From positions 22,630,001-22,694,000 of the forward strand of contig NC_043021.1 in assembly GCF_006345805.1 (NCBI RefSeq): DNA of 64,000 bases, in the 5' to 3' direction. A program made the position numbers and the translations under genes. Origin of the DNA: Octopus sinensis. Taxonomy: Eukaryota. This document shows positions 1 to 11,312 of this stretch, one piece after another. Below the pieces are notes generated by a model that was not told the origin of the DNA, did no database searches, and was given only the letters and a program-made list of their open reading frames with translations. The first letter of the stretch is position 1; the number at the start of each line of letters is the position of its first letter.

Positions 1-369
1 TATATATATATATGTGTGTGTGTGTGTGTCCGCGGTCGCGCATGTGTACATATATGGTGACTGTTGGGTGCAGTCAGTAGTCACGACTTTAAATGTCAGA
101 TTTTCAGTATGTAGAACCCTTCTTATGCTAGGCAGGTCTTTACATTTTGAAAGTAACAGCAGGATCGGTGACATTTATCCGAAATAACGAAGTCGTCTCG
201 TCGAGTGACTTTATTTCTTCGATCTTGCAGGAAAATATTGTGTGTAGAATTTTATTTATTGTAGAACTTCAGTAAACTTCATATTTGATGTGTCTACAAA
301 TATCGCTATCGAGTATAATGTTTGAAAATATTATTTTTGTATATTAGTAGGTCTGCGAAGCGTGTTTAA

Positions 370-535
370 AAGGCCACGAACATACTGGAGCAACAGATCA
401 TAAAGTATTTAGTTGAACAAGTCAATTCCAGTAATATTGGCTTTCTTGCCGGAACGCTAATTTACTAGCAATTAAAGAAACCAACACCGATTGTTACATG
501 ATGCTCACACACACACACACACACATACACACACA

Positions 536-577
<42 letters not shown>

Positions 578-720
578 CCGTCTGCCAAATCCTCTCACAA
601 ATCTTTGGCTGCACCGCAGTTTTAGTAGAAGATAGTTGCAGAAAATGCCGTGCACTTAGACCGAAGTGGGAACTACGTCGATGGTAAGCTCGCTTCTTAC
701 CACACCGACATAACTTCACC
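370..720 (-). mobile_element. Decayed SINE family A copy
   Basis: Diverged reverse-complement match to the copy at 1703 (ccgtctgccaaatcctctcacaa...cttaccacac), with the internal CA/TA tract. Confidence 0.75.
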
Positions 721-1702
721 TAGACTTATTTCCATAATTATCAGTGTTTTCCACAAGAAATCTGTCTATGAAACTGTCTAAGATTATAAAAGTATATCAA
801 TGGTAAGTTTCAATTTTGCTGTCGTGAGGAATGATGTCACAGCCTACAAAATAGTGACAATTGAAGTTTTATATCATGGGTCACTGTCATTCCGGAATCA
901 ATGGGATGGGAGATATATATATCAACTTATAGTGTCCAATTTTCCAAAAATAAATTTTGGGGAGACCATTTATTTGAAAATTATTTTACTCATTTACTTC
1001 TCATAAAATTTCATTTTTGACCAAAAGATTCAATTGAAGCATTTTAATGTCAAAATGAATTGTATTTGTTTCCAGGAATTGGTTATCGTACAATATTAAA
1101 ACGAAGCTTCTGTAAATATATACACGCAAAGAACCGAAACTCCTGAAACCCTCATGTTCACTGCGTATGCTACGCTCCCTCAATAACCCACACCTCCCTA
1201 AACCTCCTATAACAAATATTTCTATAGAATAAGGTTTTACAGACTATTTGCTTAATACACACCCTTATAATAAAATTCAATTTTCATTAATCAAATATTA
1301 ATTTACAAAACTCAATTAATTTACCAATGCTTAATGCATGTTATTTGAGAAAAGAATTATTCAACTATAAATGCAAACATACCTCTAATGCTTGAATTAA
1401 TTTTTAATGGGAAAGATGTGTTTCGAGAGAATGCAGGAAACCACAAATATTAAGGGTGCAATTTTGTTAGTTGGCGACAAAATTTCTGCACTGTCCATCG
1501 TACAAAATACCTCTCTTAGCGAATACTACAGATGACTGATATTAGTGCCTATCATATATGGAATTCTAGTCTAGTAAAATGGGCTGAACGGTTGCTCCCA
1601 ATTTGGTTATATCTTTTATGCTTTTTCTTTAATCAAGTATTGTGGTATTTATTTAATAAAATAGCAGATATTTCACGTCAATTCTAAACGGAAATCTGCT
1701 CT

Positions 1703-2107
1703 GCAGGAGTGGCTGTGTGGTAAGTAGCTTGCTAACCAACCACACGGTTCCGGGTTCAGTCCCACTGCGTGGCATCTTGGGCAAGTGTCTTCTGCTATAG
1801 CCCCGGGCCGACCAATGCCTTGTGAGTGGATTTGGTAGACGGAAACTGAAAGAAGCCTGTCGTATATATGTATATATATATGTATGTGTGTGTTTGTGTG
1901 TCTGTATTTGTCCCCCTAGCATTGCTTGACAACCGATGCTGGTGTGTTTACGTCCCCGTCACTTAGCGGTTCGGCAAAAGAGACCGATAGAATAAGTACT
2001 GGGCTTACAAAGTATAAGTCCCGGGGTCGATTTGATCGACTAAAAGCAGTGCTCCAGCATGGCCGCAGTCAAATGACTGAAACAAGTAAAAGAGTAAAAG
2101 AGAGTAA
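1703..2107 (+). mobile_element. SINE family A (tRNA head, CORE-like body; octopus OR-type SINE), near full length
   Basis: A-box-like TGGCTGTGTGG, B-box GGTTCAGTCCC, CORE-like cttgggcaagtgtctt, internal (TA)n(TG)n, tail ggccgcagtcaaatgactgaaac plus (aaagagt)n. Nearly identical to copies at 30570, 47344 and 58596. Confidence 0.93.
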
Positions 2108-4046
2108 GCCTTAATGGGTAAAAGGTGCCACTTTTACACACATGCCCATATTTAATCCATTTAGTTTGTGTTTCCTTGATGGACACAAAAACAGTGACTT
2201 CCGGAAACAAAAGTGACGACGTGTCTAGGCATTGCATTTGTAGTTGCAAATTTAACGATATAGAAAGTTGCTAAAATTAACTCTTCGTTAAAAAGATGTC
2301 TAAATATACATTTTTATCTTAACTTCAGTTATTCAGTAACTGACTTTTTTCACTTGTTATAAAGAGTTTTATTAATGGAAAGTAGCAAATTCAACTGTTG
2401 TGAACGCTCTAATGTTTTATTTACAATTTGCAAACTTTGCCCACTCCAGGGGGAATATACGTATCTCTGTTATATACGCCTTGCTCTAGAGGAATAACAT
2501 GAGAAAGACGAAGCGTTATCGAGAGACTTTTGTTTCTCGAAAGCTGAAAGTATCAACTCGGCTCCCTTGAAGCGGAACAATAATTTTCTTCATGTAAGTT
2601 AAAATATGCCGGCTAGATTCAGTGTTCAAGCAGGGAACCTGAACATTAATCAATCGACTTGCAAGAAATAACAAACAAATTTCCATGAAATCGGATGTTA
2701 CCGTAATAAACAGGGAATAGATTTGAGAACACCGTTCATGCGTGGTGATCACGATTGGAGCTGTTTGAGCAGTGACGTTCTGTGATTAGACAACAGTAGG
2801 CGAAACTCCAGTTTCAGAAGTTGTTCGTAGTATAGGAAGGTTCAAAGTGGCATTTAATTCTTCTTTGCATCGCGCGCTTTTGTCTTTCTATACCTTGCAT
2901 AGTATAGAAGTGTGTGTGTATGGCTGCGTGTGTGTTAGAGATTTAGCTAAATGAATAAAACATGAACGGGAAAAGAGACCAGCGTCATCGAAACAATCTT
3001 TCATCTATAGTTAAAGAAAATGTGTGTATATATGTGTGTGTATATTTTTAAAATGTGCATGTATGTATGTGTGTTTTATGTCAGTAGTAGTAGTAGTTGC
3101 GGAGCCGTTGCATAGGTTCCGAGTTTTCATTACAGTAGAGTTAACTTTGCAATTCAGTTAATCGGGACCGATAAAATAAAGTATCAATCAAGTATCAATT
3201 TAGCCTTCCCCATTAAATGTTAAGTGACTTAGTGAAGAAACATTGCTAGAAGCCGAGATATAAGTTGAAAATCATACATAAAGGATTTCCCTTTCGGCCA
3301 TCCGTAAATGCACCCTGCATTTCTAAGACATTTAACTATGTCTACAGTTGACAGATTTAATTTTAGTTAAACGAAACAGAACCTTGCTTGTGAAAATTAG
3401 ATCGATGTAAGAACAAAATTGAATTACATACCAATAGAAATTTACTGCCATTGTATCATTAGTTCAGCGAAGGGAATCACATGTAATATTAAGGCAAATT
3501 ACATCACGCTCCATTTTCTATTATGGGCTGTATAATATTACCATGATTTCAGGGCTTGTAGATTGTGCGAATCGGCGAGAAGTCGGATATAATTTCTTGC
3601 GGTATTTAGTAAGAGGATTCTTATATTCTGAATTTCAAATCTTACCATAGTAAATCTTTCTTTCCTTCTTTTCTAGATTAAGACAATTACATTACAGATT
3701 TCTTATATGTCAACCATGTAAAGGCTTTGATAAATTTATCAACGAATGACCCGATGAAAGTAAGGTCTCATTGAAAATGCCGGATACCTATAGTGTTCGG
3801 TAAAGTAATGTACTTATTAAATGCTGGTCTGGAAAAAAGAAACGCTACTACTGAATTAATGATTTGATTAAGTAGCTTTTAAGTATTGTTTCTTGTAGAT
3901 TAACTGTAAAAATGATGCTCGATAGACTGAAAGACCAGTGATAGAAAAACATACACTGCAAGTAAAGGCTCCGATTAAATATATTTTACGTCAATTACTG
4001 AGGTCGTTGGATTCAAGTAACTTCGTATAAATCTATCCATAAAATA

Positions 4047-4256
4047 TTGGTTTCAAATTTTGGCACAAGGTCAGCAATTTTGCAGGAGCGAATATCAACT
4101 GCATCGATCCCACTGCCCCTCTCGTACATATTTTATCGACCACGACATGATGAAAGGCAAAGTCTTACTCGGCGTAATTTGAACTGAGAACGTAAGAAGT
4201 GACGTCGTCTCCAAGCATTGTGCCTGGCGTGCTAACAATTCTACAGCTCACGGCTT
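4047..4256 (-). mobile_element. SINE family B copy (tRNA head; central gcctttcatc...gtcgataaaa domain)
   Basis: Reverse-complement match to the copy at 55104 (ttttatcgac...gatgaaaggcaaagtc...tttgaact). Confidence 0.75.
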
Positions 4257-4509
4257 TGTTTTCTATAAAATACTGATATTCAAATACTGTGGCCTACAAA
4301 ATATACTAAGTAATGAGAGTGCTTAGAAAATGAAAGTGTCAATCAATAACTGTGATAAATTAAAGTACCAGCTCATTACGTTGTTTGATAATATAAAATA
4401 CATCTCATTTCCTACGGTTGATAAAATAAACGAAAAATGAAAAGCAAGTGAAAATTATATTGACTACTCACTCCTAAATAATTGAGCGTGCGAATGTTAT
4501 GAGTTAATA

Positions 4510-4960
4510 TCGGTTTTAAATATGAGAACAATGCCAGCAATTACCTGGGTGGGGATAAATCGATTATATCAACCCCTCAGTCTGCAGCTTGCACTCAGTT
4601 GATTGCCCCCTTAAAGTTGAAACATTAAGTCAACCTCGGCGGAACTTGATGTCAGCGTATAAAGGACGAAATTTCGTTAGACATTTTACCCGGCGTGACA
4701 ACATTTCTGTCATCTCGCTGTCTTAAGCTATGGGTTAATATTATTGTGAGTGAAGGCAGTTGATTTGGTGAAATCGACTGACAAAATGCATTAATTGAAG
4801 CCCTTAGATGTGACAGTTCGGATTCTGAGTTCAAATCCCACTGCTATTGATTCTGGATAATCATTCGTCTGGATTCAACAAAATTATTGCCAGTCTAATA
4901 CTGGAATCGAATAAGCCTCCTCGAACATCTCTAGACTTTGTGGCCTGTGGACAAGAGAGG
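4510..4960. mobile_element. Two decayed family B SINEs head-to-head (- strand 4510-4718, + strand about 4750-4960)
   Basis: aagtcaacctcggcggaacttga on one side and ttctgagttcaaatccc on the other. Confidence 0.6.
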
Positions 4961-5299
4961 AAACACTAACGAATGTTACAGTTCGGATAGTTGCTTCTTG
5001 TAAGCATGTTTACGATATATACAGTAGTAGTGGTATGATCAGCTGCATTAGTAGTAGTAGTAGTAATAAGAGGAGGAGTAACAAACCCTTTTTAAAAGTC
5101 ATATGCGGACTGTTTTGTGTGGCAGTCAGAAAGAGTGCCCCCCACCGTTCATGTTTTCTTATTCCAGCAGCTAAAGTGCCCTCACATTACACCCAACCGT
5201 TTTAAAAATTAGAAACGACGGACATTATGGTTGATGTTACTCCTAGATGCGTTATGAATGAAAAGAAAATAAGGTCCATTACTTGAGCGATATTGATAA

Positions 5300-5452
5300 T
5301 AATATTTTTTCTCTCCTTGTTTTTTTTTGTAGAAGAGCGTAGGCTCGAAATGTAAAACACTTTTTCTATTCCTGAGCGTTATACTAATACATCTGTTTGT
5401 TTTGTACACCACCTGTCTTCGTCTTTTGTTTTTTTTTTCGTAATCTCTCTCT
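5300..5452 (+). mobile_element. Penelope-like terminal-repeat relic with decayed hammerhead
   Basis: Hairpin GAGC-gtag-GCTC followed by GAAA-TG-TA at 5335-5354; core degenerate (TTGTAGA-A). Confidence 0.45.
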
Positions 5453-6653
5453 TGATGATGATATCTGTGCATAACTAAATATTCCTGGGGACAGGATACA
5501 ATGCCGGTGATGGCGACATTTACGCCAAATTTCATCACATTTGAATTCCAGACATTTGTATTATAATTGCTTTGCAACTCACTGAGGTAGTACAGATATT
5601 ACTTTAATCAATATCACACGTTTTTTTGCGAGTTTCTCCCAACGGTGTTTAAGATATCATAGCTAAAATGATATTGAACAACACATGCTCTGTTTGGTGA
5701 TTTAAAACTTGTTACTGCTCAAATTGTTCTTGCATATTCATCCAATCGATAGTGTCTCTTTGAATCAATGAGTTCTTTTATTAAGCACTATATTTTATGC
5801 CCGACAATTGCAAAATAAACTGCATTCAAACAATTTATTATGTAATCAGGATTAATAACGATATTCCAAATAATTTTGATGTATTTTCACTCATGTGGAT
5901 TAACACTCATATGTCTCCAGTAGACGTAAAATGTGTATTCGTCGCTGTGTTAGCGCTGGAATTAAATATAAAACCATTTGTAAACACATTACAGCTATTT
6001 CACGGCTGTGATATTAATCTTCTGCTTGTTCATTGATCGAATTTATTGCATCTTTTGGAATGAAATATTTTACTGTATATTGCCCACCTGGCTATTACAA
6101 AATTTCCAGCATTCAAACAGTTGATCGCATAACCAGAAGTAATAAACAAAATATCAAATAATTTATTTGTTTGTAGTCTGCATTACACAAACAGTCAGCT
6201 GTTTATTCCATCTTGCAGATCTATTTATGTCAATACGTTCCACACAATTTCCAGTGGAACATTTCTAAAAGATATCATGATTTCTCTTGAATATATTCAG
6301 ACATTATTTTATATTGCCAATCTCAAAGGAGAAAATCATTATATAATGGGAAATAATACAAAACAGTAGGAAAATTAAATGAATACTGCCGTTTAAGTTA
6401 CGGGATCGAACGAACCAGTCTCTAGTTTACTGCAGGACAAATGTAAAGGGAATCAAAGAGACTTTTTGCGCCAAATTTGAGAGAACATATATCACAAAAT
6501 TGTAGACCAGAAAGCGCTTAGTTTTATTTTCTCCACTGTATATACTTCCTCAGTCAGTATTCATTGTCCACTTACATATGTTTCTGTATGCAGTCGTCCA
6601 ATGATTATTCATGTTTGCGCGCGCATATACATACATATATATATATATATATT

Positions 6654-6860
6654 ACGGAGATGTACTTGCATAGCAAGTGATTTGATCTGAGATCGTATGC
6701 TGAAACGAAAACAATTGCAGCGTGGAAGGTGTTTGTAAGCCATTTAAGAAACGCGCAAAAGCCGTTCGATTCACTTCAACATTTAAGTTTAATTTGTCAA
6801 AATATTTTCGTCGCTTTAAGACCGCGACCAGTTCACTGACAAAAATCCGTGCTGCATCTC
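6654..6860 (-). mobile_element. Non-coding element between (TA)n tracts carrying a hammerhead-like fold
   Basis: Bounded by TA runs at about 6636-6652 and 6865-6875; contains the fold at 6793-6843. Confidence 0.6.
6793..6843 (-). ncRNA. Type I hammerhead-like ribozyme with variant core
   Basis: Minus strand reads TTTGTCA GTGAACT G GTCGC ggtcttaaa GCGAC GAA AATATT T TGACAAA: 7-bp stem I, 5-bp stem II, palindromic stem III. Confidence 0.6.
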
Positions 6861-6898
6861 TCTCTATATATATATGTATGTGTGTGTGTGCGTGTGTG

Positions 6899-7099
6899 GT
6901 GGCGCAATGGCACAGTGGTTAGAGCAACAGACTCGCGGTTTCGTTTTCCAGACCGGGCGTTTCTACAGCTGAGTGAAGTTGAACATCATGAAATAAAGTG
7001 TCTTGCTCAAGAACACAACACGCAGCCGGGTCCGGTAATCGAACCATTACCTCCTGATTGCGAGTGCTACGCTGTAACCACTGGGCCATGGGCCTTCAC
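6899..7099. mobile_element. Two truncated tRNA-SINE (family C-like) heads fused in inverted orientation
   Basis: + head ggcgcaatggcacagtggttagagc; - head reads gtgaaggcccatggcccagtggttacagc...ggttcgattacc. Confidence 0.7.
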
Positions 7100-7409
7100 C
7101 CTTCATCATATGCACACACTCACACAACGACACACACACACGAGAAAGTGCTCTAATGATTGGTGAATTTGGCAAATACAGAAATTGAAAGCAATCTTGG
7201 CAACATTTCGTTATTTTGGGGGTAGATAAGAAACTTTTAAATATACCATGTTTATACTGTAGTGTTGATTTTAAGACTTCGATTTTTAGTTAAAATATGA
7301 TTATGTATTTCATAACAAAATTCCAACACACAGGCATATTTGAGAATCAGATACTTTGAAGGTTCTTAGGCCAACAGTTAGAAGTACTCTGCATAGTACT
7401 CACTAAGAT

Positions 7410-7787
7410 GAGGCTGTGTGATAAGAAGTTTGTTTCCAAACTACACGGATCCGGATTCAGTGCTTCTACGTAGCACCACCGGCATGTTTCTTTTACTGTT
7501 TCCAGGATTGGTAGCGAATTTAGCAGACGAAAGTGAAAGATGTTTGTGTGTATATGTGTGCGTTTTCATGTGTGTACATTTGTTGTCCCGTTTTTTTGTC
7601 CCCACAATCGCTTGGCCGCCGGTGATTATTTACAACACCCCTTAAATTTGCGGTTCGGCAAAAAGCAACCGATCGAATTACTACCAGACTTTCAAAAATT
7701 GAGTACTATGGTTGAATTGTTCTTCTAAACTCTACAAATCGGTTCCCATCATAGTTCCAGTCCAGTGACTGAAACAAGTAGAAACAT
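7410..7787 (+). mobile_element. Decayed SINE family A copy
   Basis: ggctgtgtgataagaagtttg head, gcggttcggcaaaa body, cagtccagtgactgaaacaagt tail. Confidence 0.75.
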
Positions 7788-7828
7788 AACTTTGGTTAAT
7801 AATTTTACCATTGGTATTATCGATTAAG

Positions 7829-8105
7829 TGGATGTGCAATGGTCCAGTGGTTAGGGCAGCGGACTTGCGGTCGGAGGATCGCGGCTTCGATTCCCAGACC
7901 GAGCGTTGTGTGTGTTTATTGAGCGAAAACACCACTTTTGTACTCTTTCACCCCAACTTTCTCTCACACTTTGTTCCTGTTTCTTGAGCAACGCTGCGAT
8001 AGACTGGCGTCCCGTGCAGCTGGGGGGGGGGGGCACATACGCCACAGAAACAGGGAAACCGGGCCCATGAGCCTGTCTAGACTTCTAAAAGGGCGCATAA
8101 AGAAA
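7829..8105 (+). mobile_element. tRNA-derived SINE family C
   Basis: A-box TGGTCCAGTGG, B-box GCTTCGATTCC, body gactggcgtcccgt...cagaaacagggaaaccggg, A-rich end. Confidence 0.8.
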
Positions 8106-8670
8106 AAAAATTATCGAATAAAGTGTCATCATCGAATCCCTATGATGTTTATTTGATCAAGTCCTATAGGATGAAACAGAAAAACCAGATATCCGAAGGA
8201 TTCGAAATCACAACACAGGGGAACCTAAATAAACAAAAATAGATATAATGTTAGTCTTGCAACTGATTGTTTGCCAATCAAATGTCCTTTGTGAAGCACA
8301 TACACTATGTTTCTGAATTTTCTATTATATGTATACGTTTCTATATTTTGCCACTCCCTCCACCACCACCACCTCTATTAAAGTTCTAACACCAAATATT
8401 CTACAAACCACTTGTTTATGTGTGCATAATTAATGAGGTTACATATCTGACATTTTAACAACATTTTTCATACTGACATTTAGTGATCGATATAATTATT
8501 TTTGCTTCTTTTTTCCTTATGGTATTCTAGTATTATTAAGAGCGTAATGTTCTTCATTCAGAGGTGTAACAGAATGGAATGGGGGAGAAATCTAGATACA
8601 CTGGGAGGAAATGGGAAGAAATGAGAGAAAGCGGGAAAAAAAGGGAGAAAGATTATGTATGTATGTATGC

Positions 8671-8711
<41 letters not shown>

Positions 8712-8781
8712 GGAGTAAACAGATAAATATGTGAAACAAGGTGGAAAAAAGAGTACTCAAATACCAGTGGTAGAGTAATAC

Positions 8782-8833
8782 GCAAAAACTGTCCGATGAA
8801 CGGCAACGCGAAACTCAGAGTAACAGGTTTTGC
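8782..8833 (+). ncRNA. Type I hammerhead ribozyme, degenerate copy, in a TA-flanked Penelope-like fragment (about 8710-8860)
   Basis: GCAAAAaCTGT CCGATGA ACG-gcaa-CGC GAA ACTC-a-GAGT A ACAGgTTTTGC. Stem I has 10 of 11 pairs; U4 is C and there is an A10.1-C11.1 mismatch. Confidence 0.7.
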
Positions 8834-9467
8834 TGAATTTTCTGCTGCTTTAAATAAAGTATATATATATATATATATAATGTGTGTGTGTATGTGTGTG
8901 TCTTTATGCGTATGTATATAGTGTATTTATATGTATAATTGTAGATGTATGTGTGTATAGATGTATGAGAAAATACAACGGGAAAAGGCAGGAAATGTGA
9001 GGTAGTTGCAAAATGTTCGAATCCTAGTGTGGGGTTATCACAGAGAGATAGACAAATATATGGCTATATTCATATGACTGCTTATGTGATTGTGATCACT
9101 TGGTGCCTAGACCAGACATCAAAGGTGTCACAATGTTTTCAAAATTTGTTTCCGTTTCCAGCTATTGGGTTTTCTGGGTGAGCCTTGCTGCGCCCGTGAA
9201 GACGCAAAGGTTCTACCAACACACTGCATGCCGCAATCACCACATTCAGAAAGGATCTGTGAAGAATAGAGCTACAGAGTTCCCTGGAGACCCCCAACAT
9301 TTCACGAAGATCTTGGCTTGTCTGTGTATGTGTTCATATGTGAGTGATTGTGCATGCGCGCGTATGCGTTTGTTCGCGTGTTTGTGTATACATCCGTGCG
9401 TGCACGTATGTGTGTACCTGTACGTGTGCGTGAAAGTCATATATATATATATAAATGCATACACATC

Positions 9468-9541
<74 letters not shown>

Positions 9542-9570
9542 TACATGAAAATCTATTAACTTTGGGAGAA

Positions 9571-9805
9571 CGAGAAATAATTTTCTTTTAGGAACATTGG
9601 ATCTCGAAGTAGATAAACAATAAATAGTATAAATATTGGTTCAAAACATCTGTTTTGCAGAGATGTAAGGTTTCTCTCCCTCGGGCAGACTCTGGCTTTT
9701 TATTCAATTCTTTTTTTTTAAATTGTTAACGCAATGTCTATACGCCGCTATTATTTATAGCTTATCTGCTTCGAGATCCGACATACAAAGAATAAAATTA
9801 TATCG
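9571..9805. repeat. Imperfect inverted repeat (MITE-like/foldback)
   Basis: ggatctcgaagtagataaacaataaatagta (9599-9629) pairs with tattatttatagcttatctgcttcgagatcc (9749-9779); weaker pairing extends outward. Confidence 0.7.
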
Positions 9806-10489
9806 CTACAAAGGCACAAATGTTTTCCTGTGTACATGCGTTTATGGCTGTGCATGTTTATATAGCTTTCATAGGTGATTTTGAGAATCCATCTTTTCGG
9901 ATATCTTTTTATGTAGATATGCTTGTCTTAATCTTCGTTGCGCGTGTGTTGTGGATGCACTCATGTGTGTGAGAGTGTGTAGCTACGCAAATATGCTTCC
10001 TTGGTTTTTTTACGTTTCTCTCATTCCCTTTTTATATCGCCATACTTTACTTTTCTTCTTCCCGTCGATATTTGACCGTTTCTTCCAATAATTATTGTTA
10101 GTTCTTTTATTTATTTATATATTTCTATTCTACAACAAGGAATTACTCCTTCCGTTTTTTTTTTTTGGTTTTGTTTTTCACGTTCCAACTGATTTATTTG
10201 TCTTAGGAGCACGTGCTATTCAATTGTATATTATAATTTTTCCTCTTCTGTTCCACCAACTGCAGCATATGCTTTCCGCCATTTTCGAATCCGTGTAATA
10301 TTTTTTTTTTTTTTTTTTTTTTTTTTGCTTCTTACCTCCTTTTATCTTTTCAATAAACTTGATTTGCAAGAGGACTGCCTAAATCTTTCTCCGATACTGC
10401 GCAGATCGATCAATCAATGTGTGTTATCTCATATCGCTTGCCATTTTCAGTAGCTTTTTCTTTCGTATTCTTATGATTATTGCTGCTGC

Positions 10490-10522
<33 letters not shown>

Positions 10523-10683
10523 CAGCCGCAGCTGCATAGGCAATTGGTACTGTAGTAGTAATAGCGGTAGTAGCTGTAGTATTATTTTTCTATCTTTCAT
10601 TTTATTTTTAAGGCCTGTTTCCTTTATTTTCCTTCACGTTCACTTTCCATATATATCAATGTTTATAAGTATATATCTGTGCC

Positions 10684-10726
<43 letters not shown>

Positions 10727-10894
10727 AGAGAGAGGGGTATATACTTACATGCATGCAATATATACATGTATACGCAAGTTTGGGAGTGTCTGCACATCTC
10801 CGTGTGTGATGTATACTTGTTTCTAACCTGACCTAAAAATGTCATCTATTTACATCTGTCTGTATACCACAATTAGCATTGTATAGTCTATGCA

Positions 10895-11312
10895 CAACGC
10901 CTGAAATTCTGTGAAACTGGAGAGTCGATTACATAGACTCAACTGCTACTTACTTCATTGACCTCGAAAAGATGACCCCTAAATTTCACACCAGCTGATT
11001 TTCAAGTCAGAACGTAAAGACGAACGAAATGCAGTTACGCATTTTGTCCGGCGTGCTAAAGATTCTCTAAGCTCGCCGCCTTTGTTATATTTCTAATAAT
11101 ACTTTCTACTGTATACGCAAGGCCTGAAGTATGGGGAAAAGTATTAAGTCGATATGATCGACCCCAGTGCGTAATTGGTACTTATTTAATCGACCCCGGA
11201 AGGATGAAAGGCAAAGTCGACCTTTGCGAGATTTGAACAGAGAATATATTGACAGACGAAATACCGCTAAACATTTCTCCCAGGGTGCTAACGATTTTGC
11301 CAGCTCGCCGTC
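10895..11312 (-). mobile_element. Two tandem family B SINEs (about 10895-11082 and 11100-11312)
   Basis: Both end in gctcgccg(c/t)c; the second has intact atcgaccccggaaggatgaaaggcaaagtcgacc. Confidence 0.85.

Noticed and set aside
1653-2114. Recurrent ORFs such as FSFRLPNPLTRHWSARGYSRRHLPK
   Set aside because: Frames within SINE family A copies, not a gene family.
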